Positions 46,758 through 56,371 of a stretch of 64,000 bases of DNA are shown here, piece after piece; within the stretch, counting starts at the first letter, position 1, and each line of letters begins with the position of its first letter. The translations under genes and the position numbers were made by a program. The notes under the pieces were generated by a model. It was not told where the DNA came from. It searched no databases and was given only the letters and a program-made list of their open reading frames with translations. The DNA is from a virus, in the IMG/VR virus record IMGVR_UViG_3300020401_000016, positions 5,863 through 69,862 of that record; one strand, written 5' to 3'.

Positions 46758-49700
46758 ATGGCAAAACGTAAGGTAGTAAATTATATATTTCAACCAGGGA
46801 TACCAAAGTCTGGAAATCTATATCCTAATGCATATGATTTAATACAAAATAACTTAGAATTTTTACAAGACGAATCTGTTGCATATGTGGCAGATAGAGT
46901 AGCAACTGATACAGCGGCAAATAATTTTCCTAATGCTGTTGCAAGATTAGACAATAACAAAGAATTTATTAAAGATGAAGTAGCGGCTTGGGTGGCACAA
47001 CAAGTTGGTGCTAACGTTCCACCATACGCAGGATATGGCTATGATGTTTTAGCACTTGAAACTACTATTGACGATTACATAACAAGATTAAAAAATGACT
47101 TAAGATACGGTGGAAACGAAAACATGGTATCTTTTGCTCAAAGTTATTACACAGATGGATCTCTTAATATCCCAGGTGATGGAGAACCAGAAGTAACATA
47201 CTTTGAATATGCAAGAGACCTTTGTGTAAGTTATATTTTACCAGGAGTAAATTTTAGTAATTTACAAAGTGTAACAAGTCAAGACACATCTGGCGGTAGT
47301 GCTGAGCCAACAGGCACAACAACATTTACATCACTTGCTAACGGCTTTATCACAACACTAGATAACGGAATTATTAACTTGCCTACATTGGTAAGCAGTC
47401 CTTATATATTTGCAGGATACACATATGATTCATACAAATGTGAAAGAGACATGGGTTACAACATAAATGGTTTCTTAAATGATTTAAGATACAACGGTAA
47501 CCAAGAGTCAAGATTTAATGCTTCAAAATATTGGATAGGTTCAACTCCACAAATTGATGGAGACAGACAACCTGAAATACTTGTTAAAAACCATATTAGA
47601 GATGTAATAAACAATTACATTTTAACTAGAACTGCATACACATCACAACAGTCACCAGTAGTAACTACACAGTACTTTGGCACTGCGGCTGGTGAGGCAG
47701 GTGCTTCAGCAAGAATTACAGCACTAACTTTTATTATTACAGATGTAATTGATAATGGATTAGATAATTTACCAGCATTAGAAAGAAATGAAATAAGTTC
47801 AATCAAAGCGCCAACTAAAATTGGTTTAGAAGATATCTTATTGATTACAAATACTACACGTAACAAAGTTTTATACAACTTTGCTGATGCAACCTTAGGT
47901 GCAGAAGTAAGTTATGAGCAAGAAGAAGACGCAGACTATCCTACATTTTTACAAAACACAGACACAATTACAACTGTATTTTTAAACTTTGATACAAGTT
48001 CATTTGCGGCAACAGATGAAATTCAAATGTTTGTTGAAGACAAAGTAATTAGAACAAGACCTTTTGACTTTGGTACAGATGCTATTGAAAGAATGAGAGT
48101 AGCACCTGCTCAATCAATGCTTGACGCTGACTTTGAGTATGGATTACAGCCTACGAAGTGGCAAGCCATTGGAACACAAAGAGGTTATCCTTCGATTTAT
48201 GAAATACCAGGAACAGACATAGACGTTGATGATGTTACAACTGATGCATCTGCAGGTACAAACGGTATTGGTTCTTCATTAATCACAGTAAACACAACAG
48301 GTCCACATGGTTTTGAACCTGGTGATGCATTTACAATTATTGGTTTTACAAACGGTGTGCCTGGAACAGGTAGAGCTCAAGGTTCATTTGTAGTAAACAC
48401 AATTCCTACAAATAGACAATTTACATATTACGCAAAAGCAAAAGTTGGTGTATCTAATCCAACTACAATTAGCACAACATTTACACAATTAAGAGCGGCA
48501 GGATTTTATTCAGGAGCAACAATTGGTAGACCAACTTTTAGTGTATCATCAAACGGTGCAAATGGAAACTTTATTTTACCAATAGGTGGTCTTGCAGGAG
48601 TTTCAATTATTCCTTTCCAAGATGCACAATTACCTGAAATAGGTGCTCCTATTACTGGATCAGGTATGGCAACTGGTGCACAGATTACAGCAGTAACTGG
48701 TACAGGTTCAACACTTGCAACTCCAGAAATTGAAGGAGACTACACAGCAGGAGCAACTGAAATTAATGTAGTTGACTCTGCAGGAATTTTACAAAATAGT
48801 ATTATTGATAGAGGTGATGGATTTGGTGTTGCAATTACCAATGTATCAGGAAATTCATTAACATTAAGTTCAGGATTAACATCAAACTTGATTGGTGACA
48901 GAACAACATATGGAAACATTGGTGGATTCAATGTCAATCCAGCAGGACAAAATTTTGCTTGTGATGTGTTTAATAATGCTGGCGTTTACAGTATTACTAT
49001 TTCTAACTCAGGCGAAAATTATGAAGTAGGTGATGCGATTGTAATTACAGGAGACTTAATAGGTGGAGCAACTCCGGCTAACGATTTAACTATCAGTGTT
49101 GCTTCTGTAGATACAGGTGGTGAAATTTTAACATACACTTTAGACGGTGACGCATTTACTGGCTCTGGATCTAAAACAGCGATTTCAGGTACATATCAAA
49201 ATGGAAATGGTACTGGTGGTGGCTGGGATATAACAAAAACTAATAACAGTTATTCAGCAAGTTTAAGAAATCCAAGTTTCACAGCAGTAGAAGGAACAGT
49301 TGCTGGAGGTTCAGGATCAGGTTTAGAACTAGATGTAACAATTAACAACAACGCCTACTCTGCGGCACTAGGTGGAGATGATCAAAGTACAGGATACGTT
49401 GTAAATGATGTTGTATCATTTGCAGGAGGAACTTTTGGCGGAACAACTAACGAAAACTTATTTGTAAGAATCACAGGAGTAAATGGAACAGGTGGAATTA
49501 CAACTTTTACAACATCAGGTACGGCTCCGGATGCTTTAGAAAGTTACAACATTGGCGTAAGTGATTACACAGCAAGTCAATCAGGTGCAGGTGCAACGTT
49601 CACAGTGACAAGAACTGGAACAACATATTCTGCAACAACAACTGGATTAGGATCAGGATTTGTACTTAACGAAACATTATTAATAGCAGGAACATTACTA

Positions 49701-52700
49701 GGTGGTACTAGTCCTGCAAATGATTGTACAATTACAGTTGATGGTGTTGATGGTAGTGGAGGAATTATTCAACAAACTCCAACAGGAACAGCAGTTAACA
49801 GCAAAACATTTTTAGATGTAGATTCAGGTTCAAACTTAATAGGTAATGGTGCTTCTTTTGACGTAGCATTGTCTGGAACTTCTTACAACACAATTACAAT
49901 TAACAACGCAGGTCAAAACTATGGTGATGGTCAAGACATAGTAATACCTGGAACTGCTTTAGGTGGTGTATCACCAACACATGATTTAACGATTAACATT
50001 GCTTCTTTAACAACACCAGCAAGAGGAGTTGCTACATTTACAAACAGTGGAACTGGTGCAAATGGTGGAACAGCCAACTACAAAGTTGGAGATATTATTA
50101 AAGCAGAAGGTTCTAACTTAGGTGGTGTAACAGGAACAAATGATGCGTTAATTAAAGTTGCTTCTATTAATGGTGACTCATCTATAAACACATTTACAGT
50201 AACAGGTTCAGCCACAGATGCAGTAGTTGATTATACAAATCCAAACTACACAGGTGGTGATGGTGTTGGTGCAAATTTTGTTGTAACAAGAACAGGTACA
50301 GTTTACAGTGCAACAATAGATCCAGCAGGTACTGGATATAATGCTACAAACCAAATTGTTGTTGCAGGTACAGATTTAGGCGGAACGTCACCAGGAAATG
50401 ATTGTACAATCACAGTAGATTCAGTAGATGGTGGTGGTGGTATTGCAACTATCACAGTAAGTGGTACAGCAGTTAACGTTCAAGACTATACTGATGCATC
50501 AGTAACTAACCAAGTAGGTCAAAGTGCTTCATTTGATGTAACATTAAATTCAGGTACATATTCAGTTGGAATAGCAAGTGCAGGTAACGACTATGGTGTT
50601 GATCAAACTTTTGTAATATTAGGTACAGATTTATTTGGAACATCTCCAGCAAACGATGCCACAATAACAGTTACTGGCGTTGATGCATCTGGTGGTATTA
50701 CAGGAGCAAATATTTCAGGTACTGCTAATCAAGGTAGTGCAAGTACTTTAGGCGTAACAGGTTCCAACAGACAGCCACAAGGTGTTGGTGCAACGTTCAG
50801 TGTACAAAGATCAACAACTGCTTCAACAACAGCATACACAGAAGTAATTGTATCAGGTACAGGATCAAATTATCAAGTAGGTGATAGAATTACATTACAA
50901 GGACAAAGTTTAGGTGGTAGTTCACCAGCAAATGACGTGACTGTTAGAGTTCAAGCAATAAACACAACAGGTGGAATTTTAACAAATACACACTCGGGTG
51001 TTGCGGCATCTGGTACAGGAATTTCAGTTTACTCAAGTGTTACTATATCTGAACCAACGTCAAGCAGTATTGCACAAAGTACACAATTAACTTACAGTGC
51101 ATTAGCAACTATGCAGGTTGATTTTGAAACACCACATGGTCTTGTCCCAGGAGATGCTTTCTTGGTAACAATTCAATCAGATGATGGTAACAACAATCAC
51201 TTATTAGCATCTGGACCGTTTTTAGCAACGTCGATTCCTACATTAACACAATTACAATATCAAGTAAGAGCACCAGGAACTATAACAGACTCTGCTTGGC
51301 AAGGATTTATATATGTAAGACCAGACTCTTTCTTTGTTCACAGACCATTTGATGGTGGTGTTCAATTAGGTACAGGTGGTCCACAACACGGTGCACAGGC
51401 AATACGTCAATCTAAAAAATATATTAGATACCAATCAGGTAAAGGTATCATGTACACAACTGGTGCCTTGTTTGCACCAAGTTATGACTTATTAAATGTT
51501 ACTGCTGATGGAACATCGGTAGGTTCAACAATTACAGTAACAACAGATGACACTGATCATGGATTACAAGTTGGATCAAGAGTAAGACTAATTGGTTTAA
51601 GTACATCAGGATATAACGGTTATTACACAGTTGCAAGTGTTGTTAGTGAAAGACAATTTACTGTATTAGCAGTACAATCTTTAGGAAGCACTGTTGCTGA
51701 ATTTGAAGATCAACCTCAAGTATCATTGTCTAATTGGAATGGTGCAACTGTTCGTTCAGGAACATTTGATGATCAAAACGGAATTTTCTGGCAGTATGAT
51801 GGTGGAAATTTAGCGGCTGTACAAAGAACTTCAACAAGACAAATTACAGGTACAGTAACAGCAACGCCAGACTCTAACTCAATAACAGGTGATGGAACAA
51901 GATTTAGAGAACAATTAAAAGCAGGTGACAGAATTGTAGTAAGAGGAATGACACACGTTGTTGCTCAAGTAAATTCAAACACACAGATGTTTGTAACTCC
52001 AGATTACAGAGGAGTAAATGTATCAGCAGGTGTTAAGGCTTGTTTAGTTTTAGATAAAGTTGCAAAACAAAGCGAATTCAACCTAGATACTATTGATGGT
52101 AATGGTCCGAGTGGATACAATTTTGATCCAGGCAAAATGCAGATGATCGGGATACAGTTTTCATGGTACGGGGCTGGATTTATTGACTTCATGACAAGAG
52201 GTTCAAACGGTGACTTTGTGTTTGCTCACAGAATGAGAAATTCAAACGTAAACACAGAAGCATTTATGAGAACAGGTAACCAACCTGTACGTTATGAAGT
52301 TGCAAACGAAGGACCAAGTGGCAAATTAGAATCTAACGTAAATTCAACTGCAACAGAATTACCATTAATAGATGCATCATTCTTCCCAACTACAGGTGGA
52401 ACAGTTTATGTTGATAATGAAATTATAACATTTACAGGTGTATCAGGAGATAAACTAACAGGATGTACACGTGCGGCACAGTTGACAAACTTTGCTTCAG
52501 GTGCCACAAGATCATATTCGGCTGGTCCGGCTTCAGATCACTTTAGGAACACTGGTGTTGTTTTAATATCTAACACAACATCACCTATTATATCACACTG
52601 GGGATCAGCATTTATTACAGATGGTAACTTTGATGAAGATAGAGGATACTTATTCAGTTACTCAGCATCAGGTTTGGATATCACAACAACAAGACAAACA

Positions 52701-53735
52701 GTATTCCTATTAAGACTAGCACCGTCAGTATCTAATGCATTGACAGGTGATTTAGGAGACAGAGACTTGTTGAACAGAGCCCAGTTGCTATTGGACGGAC
52801 TAGAAATTACTTCAGATGAACCGGCTTCGGGTACTAATGGACAGATTGTAATTAATGGAATTTTGAATCCGCAAAACTATCCAGTTGATCCAAGCGATAT
52901 TGGTTGGACAGACTTAACTGGAGTTGCACAAGGTGGTCAGCCGTCATTTGCTCAAATTGCACCAGGTGGTTCGGTTGTATGGAACTCAGGTACAACAACT
53001 ACAACTGCAACAGCACTTACAACAAACGCAATGACTAGTTCTGCTAATCACTGGTTCAACTTAGGTGGAAACAGAAACTATGGTTACTTCTTACAAAATG
53101 ATTGGGAAAACAAAGGTCACGTAGTTGGTATGAAAGTTACATCTGGACAATTCCCAGCAGGAACAACAGTCACACAGATTCAAGACAGAGGAAGTTACTA
53201 TCTTGTTTACTTCTCACAAAGACACACAGGTTTACAGAGTGGTCAAGCAGTAGACTTTGAATATGGTGGAGACATAGCGAACTCTAACTACTTGTTCTTC
53301 CAAGAAGCATCTTGGTTGGCACTTGGTGCTACAACAGGAACAGAAGTAGACTTTGCAACAAGTACAGAATTTCCGGCGGGTGCTTCAATTGTATCTGTTG
53401 CCTCATTGGCACAGTTCGGAGCAACAAACTATTACAGGGTAACATTTAACCAATCGTTCCAAGGAACTATTGCAGGTGGTACAGCGATATCATTCCAATT
53501 TGGTCAACCACCATACGCACAGCCAGGACAGAGTATTTTCTCTTTCGTTGCACAGCCAGGTGAAAGATCAACATTATCATTGGCATCAATCCAAGAGTTA
53601 ACAAACACTACATTAGGTGGTAGAGGTACTTTCCCTAATGGTCCGGACGTATTGGCGATTAACGTTTATAGAACGGCAGGAACAGGTGGTGTTCCAGCAA
53701 CAGTTACACTGCGTTGGTCAGAAGCACAAGCGTAA
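46758..53735 (+). CDS. Giant (2325 aa) virion structural protein
   Basis: N-terminal helical KCERD domain, DADFEYGLQPTKW, multiple G..Y....I.G..LGG.SPAND.TITV repeats, RYQSGKG lectin-like region. Confidence 0.8.
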   Translation: MAKRKVVNYIFQPGIPKSGNLYPNAYDLIQNNLEFLQDESVAYVADRVATDTAANNFPNAVARLDNNKEFIKDEVAAWVAQQVGANVPPYAGYGYDVLALETTIDDYITRLKNDLRYGGNENMVSFAQSYYTDGSLNIPGDGEPEVTYFEYARDLCVSYILPGVNFSNLQSVTSQDTSGGSAEPTGTTTFTSLANGFITTLDNGIINLPTLVSSPYIFAGYTYDSYKCERDMGYNINGFLNDLRYNGNQESRFNASKYWIGSTPQIDGDRQPEILVKNHIRDVINNYILTRTAYTSQQSPVVTTQYFGTAAGEAGASARITALTFIITDVIDNGLDNLPALERNEISSIKAPTKIGLEDILLITNTTRNKVLYNFADATLGAEVSYEQEEDADYPTFLQNTDTITTVFLNFDTSSFAATDEIQMFVEDKVIRTRPFDFGTDAIERMRVAPAQSMLDADFEYGLQPTKWQAIGTQRGYPSIYEIPGTDIDVDDVTTDASAGTNGIGSSLITVNTTGPHGFEPGDAFTIIGFTNGVPGTGRAQGSFVVNTIPTNRQFTYYAKAKVGVSNPTTISTTFTQLRAAGFYSGATIGRPTFSVSSNGANGNFILPIGGLAGVSIIPFQDAQLPEIGAPITGSGMATGAQITAVTGTGSTLATPEIEGDYTAGATEINVVDSAGILQNSIIDRGDGFGVAITNVSGNSLTLSSGLTSNLIGDRTTYGNIGGFNVNPAGQNFACDVFNNAGVYSITISNSGENYEVGDAIVITGDLIGGATPANDLTISVASVDTGGEILTYTLDGDAFTGSGSKTAISGTYQNGNGTGGGWDITKTNNSYSASLRNPSFTAVEGTVAGGSGSGLELDVTINNNAYSAALGGDDQSTGYVVNDVVSFAGGTFGGTTNENLFVRITGVNGTGGITTFTTSGTAPDALESYNIGVSDYTASQSGAGATFTVTRTGTTYSATTTGLGSGFVLNETLLIAGTLLGGTSPANDCTITVDGVDGSGGIIQQTPTGTAVNSKTFLDVDSGSNLIGNGASFDVALSGTSYNTITINNAGQNYGDGQDIVIPGTALGGVSPTHDLTINIASLTTPARGVATFTNSGTGANGGTANYKVGDIIKAEGSNLGGVTGTNDALIKVASINGDSSINTFTVTGSATDAVVDYTNPNYTGGDGVGANFVVTRTGTVYSATIDPAGTGYNATNQIVVAGTDLGGTSPGNDCTITVDSVDGGGGIATITVSGTAVNVQDYTDASVTNQVGQSASFDVTLNSGTYSVGIASAGNDYGVDQTFVILGTDLFGTSPANDATITVTGVDASGGITGANISGTANQGSASTLGVTGSNRQPQGVGATFSVQRSTTASTTAYTEVIVSGTGSNYQVGDRITLQGQSLGGSSPANDVTVRVQAINTTGGILTNTHSGVAASGTGISVYSSVTISEPTSSSIAQSTQLTYSALATMQVDFETPHGLVPGDAFLVTIQSDDGNNNHLLASGPFLATSIPTLTQLQYQVRAPGTITDSAWQGFIYVRPDSFFVHRPFDGGVQLGTGGPQHGAQAIRQSKKYIRYQSGKGIMYTTGALFAPSYDLLNVTADGTSVGSTITVTTDDTDHGLQVGSRVRLIGLSTSGYNGYYTVASVVSERQFTVLAVQSLGSTVAEFEDQPQVSLSNWNGATVRSGTFDDQNGIFWQYDGGNLAAVQRTSTRQITGTVTATPDSNSITGDGTRFREQLKAGDRIVVRGMTHVVAQVNSNTQMFVTPDYRGVNVSAGVKACLVLDKVAKQSEFNLDTIDGNGPSGYNFDPGKMQMIGIQFSWYGAGFIDFMTRGSNGDFVFAHRMRNSNVNTEAFMRTGNQPVRYEVANEGPSGKLESNVNSTATELPLIDASFFPTTGGTVYVDNEIITFTGVSGDKLTGCTRAAQLTNFASGATRSYSAGPASDHFRNTGVVLISNTTSPIISHWGSAFITDGNFDEDRGYLFSYSASGLDITTTRQTVFLLRLAPSVSNALTGDLGDRDLLNRAQLLLDGLEITSDEPASGTNGQIVINGILNPQNYPVDPSDIGWTDLTGVAQGGQPSFAQIAPGGSVVWNSGTTTTTATALTTNAMTSSANHWFNLGGNRNYGYFLQNDWENKGHVVGMKVTSGQFPAGTTVTQIQDRGSYYLVYFSQRHTGLQSGQAVDFEYGGDIANSNYLFFQEASWLALGATTGTEVDFATSTEFPAGASIVSVASLAQFGATNYYRVTFNQSFQGTIAGGTAISFQFGQPPYAQPGQSIFSFVAQPGERSTLSLASIQELTNTTLGGRGTFPNGPDVLAINVYRTAGTGGVPATVTLRWSEAQA

Positions 53736-53747
53736 TTCAATAATATT

Positions 53748-54179
53748 TTAAAGTAATTTTTTGGCTAAACTTTGTTGGTCAGCAGGACTTACTGGTGTCT
53801 TTTGTCCATCACCAGGAATAACTCTGTAGTTGTCATCTGGATCATCCATTGTGCTAACTTCTGTAACACTACCTGTATCTGTTGTACAAATAAGTTGATG
53901 TGGCATCAATGGAGGATTGTGCCATGTTGCACCAGTTTTTAATGGCTTTTCATATAATGTTGCAGTCTTTGTGTCAATATATCTTAATTTAAATTCACCA
54001 TCATTTACAAACCAAGTTTCATCTTTGTTTTTATGAAAATGCATTGAAAATTTTGCATCTTTTTTAGTGAATACTAAAAATTTACCACAGTAGTGTTCGT
54101 TGGATGCCCATACAACTTCATATCCCCATCCTTTTTCAATCTTACCTTCTTTATTAAAATTTTTCGACATATTGTTCAA
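53748..54179 (-). CDS. Cupin-fold sugar isomerase-like protein
   Basis: KGWGYE, FSMHFHKNKDETW, PLMPHQL, EVSTMD; true start may be ATG 54170. Confidence 0.75.
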   Translation of the reverse strand: MNNMSKNFNKEGKIEKGWGYEVVWASNEHYCGKFLVFTKKDAKFSMHFHKNKDETWFVNDGEFKLRYIDTKTATLYEKPLKTGATWHNPPLMPHQLICTTDTGSVTEVSTMDDPDDNYRVIPGDGQKTPVSPADQQSLAKKLL

Positions 54180-54966
54180 TTGTACTCCAATCTACGTTAA
54201 CAAATTTATTTACTTTAGAATTGTCTGCCCGTGTGTAACTTTGGTAATGCTTTTTAATATTTTCTGGCATTGGAATTTCTTCTATTTTGGCATTAAATTT
54301 ATTTGCCACTACTTCTGCAACGTGTTTAAAACTTATATTAGTGCCAGTGCCAACATTGAACACACCAGAAGTATCTGCTGAAAGCATTTGTTTATGAACT
54401 TCACAAACATCATGCACACTGACAAAATCACGTGTGTAGTTTTCACTCCCCTCAAAAATCTTAATCACTCCTGTTTGTTTTGCCTGTTCAATAAATTTAC
54501 TGACTGGACTCATTTGTTTTCCTTTATGTTCTTCCATTGGTCCGTACACATTAAAATATCTGAATCCTTGTACCAAAATATTAAATTCTCCTGCTTCTTT
54601 TACGAATCTATCAAATAGGTACTTGCTCCATGCATAAGGCGACTGTGGTGACACATTGTCTTCTTCATTAAATTTTTCTGTATTACCATAGACACTTGCC
54701 GAACTGGCGTATTGAAAATTTGCACCCATTTGTTCACACATTTGTAACAAACGCATACTATATTCGTAATTCTGTGTTAAAATTTTATCTACATTAGTTT
54801 CTGTTGTAGAACTAATTGCACCTAAGTGTATTACCCAATCATATTTAGATGGATCTGGATAAACGTTTGGAGTGTATTCAAATCCTTCTACTAAATGATC
54901 TTTTTCAAGATGCTGTATTAAATTTTGTCCAATAAAACCAGCGCCACCTGTAACTAATATTCTCAT
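54154..54966 (-). CDS. hldD: ADP-L-glycero-D-manno-heptose 6-epimerase
   Basis: ILVTGGAGFIG, HLGAISSTTE, YASSASVYG, Y..SK, FRYFNVYGP.E.HKG..M, RDFV.V.DV, YQSYTRAD. Confidence 0.9.
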   Translation of the reverse strand: MRILVTGGAGFIGQNLIQHLEKDHLVEGFEYTPNVYPDPSKYDWVIHLGAISSTTETNVDKILTQNYEYSMRLLQMCEQMGANFQYASSASVYGNTEKFNEEDNVSPQSPYAWSKYLFDRFVKEAGEFNILVQGFRYFNVYGPMEEHKGKQMSPVSKFIEQAKQTGVIKIFEGSENYTRDFVSVHDVCEVHKQMLSADTSGVFNVGTGTNISFKHVAEVVANKFNAKIEEIPMPENIKKHYQSYTRADNSKVNKFVNVDWSTIEQYVEKF

Positions 54967-55752
54967 TTAAAAACCAAAATATTGGAAATCACCTTTCCAT
55001 TTAAATTTTTTGTAATAATCGTTGTCCATTTCAACCATGTTAACATCTAATTCATCATTTGTCAAATAGTGTTGAATAAATTCATTTTTAGATACGTCAA
55101 CACCTAATCTTGGTGCTAAATGTTCTTTTACCCAATTAGCATGAGTGCTTATAGATGGATGCTTATCTTTTTCAATTTTTTTCCTTTTTGTAAACAAACT
55201 AATAGGATCTTGATCTTTATATGTAACATTAATCACTGGACTTTTTCTATCATCAGCATATGATTGAATTGCTGTCACCCAACCTGTGTAAATATTTGTG
55301 TTGTGTACAAACTCTTTATTTTGTAATAAAGTAGGCACATCTACACTACTTGTGACAGTCCATTTACAAGGTAAACTTCTTAAAAAATTTATTGTCATGC
55401 TAATATAATTGTGGCTCATGTACATATAACTTTCTTCATTCCAAGTTTGTTGGATCCAAGGTTCTTCTACACTTTTCATCCAAATATTACCACCTGCTCT
55501 CCAATTGCCAAAAGGTAATATGCCCACTGAGTGTAAATCTAATCTGTTAAAATCTGTAAACTGAACAACAACGTAATCATCTTCAGTAACTTTATTTTTC
55601 GTTAGTGCTTCATTGACACGTTGCATAATTGCGTTGTTACCAAGACCACTTATTGCCCAATTCTGATGTTCATCGAATTGATATCCAAGCAAATCACTCC
55701 ATGTGGGCCAATAGTAATTTGTGTAACTACAACCAAATGTAAAAAGTTTCAT
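54967..55752 (-). CDS. SGNH-hydrolase-like hypothetical protein
   Basis: FTFGCSYT, NWAISGLGN, DKHPS...H. Confidence 0.55.
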   Translation of the reverse strand: MKLFTFGCSYTNYYWPTWSDLLGYQFDEHQNWAISGLGNNAIMQRVNEALTKNKVTEDDYVVVQFTDFNRLDLHSVGILPFGNWRAGGNIWMKSVEEPWIQQTWNEESYMYMSHNYISMTINFLRSLPCKWTVTSSVDVPTLLQNKEFVHNTNIYTGWVTAIQSYADDRKSPVINVTYKDQDPISLFTKRKKIEKDKHPSISTHANWVKEHLAPRLGVDVSKNEFIQHYLTNDELDVNMVEMDNDYYKKFKWKGDFQYFGF

Positions 55753-55753
55753 C

Positions 55754-56371
55754 TTAGTCTATCTTATCACACCATTTTACAATTTCATTCCATTGTTCTA
55801 TTGTCAATATGTCTTTGTACATTGAATCTTCATGGAATCTTGGAATAAAATTAATATTAAGTGCTACCCTTGAATTAGCATTTGTACAAGTGGACCCTGA
55901 ATGTTCCATGTTACTTGGGAACAATACAATTCGATTTGCTATACTTTCTACTTTATCTCCATCAGCAAAAGCAGTGTAACCATCATTTGTATTCATGTAA
56001 TATATTCCTGTAATACTTAAAGGTACCATACAATCACAGTGAAATCCATGCACGTAAATTTTTTCAGTTCTTGGAACCAAATTAGCCTTTATCCTTACAA
56101 AAGTATTAGGATGAATTCTATTAAAGATAGGAAATAGCATCTGCCAATTATCCTGTTCAGTGACTATGTTTCCATCTTCTCTAAGCACGTGATGAGTAAA
56201 TTGATATTGATGTTTTTTACTTTCTTCTACAACCTGTGATTCGTCTACAACATAATTTTTAAAATACCAAGGAAAGTGTTCACCATAGTAACGATCAATT
56301 ATTACTTTTGATTCATTTTCAGGCAACAAATTATCAATAATTATTTTATTATTTTGAATTTTTTTCTGCAT
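55754..56371 (-). CDS. 2OG-Fe(II) oxygenase-like protein
   Basis: FHCD...IYYMNTNDGYT.F...NRIVLF....HSG......R.ALNINF. Confidence 0.75.
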   Translation of the reverse strand: MQKKIQNNKIIIDNLLPENESKVIIDRYYGEHFPWYFKNYVVDESQVVEESKKHQYQFTHHVLREDGNIVTEQDNWQMLFPIFNRIHPNTFVRIKANLVPRTEKIYVHGFHCDCMVPLSITGIYYMNTNDGYTAFADGDKVESIANRIVLFPSNMEHSGSTCTNANSRVALNINFIPRFHEDSMYKDILTIEQWNEIVKWCDKID

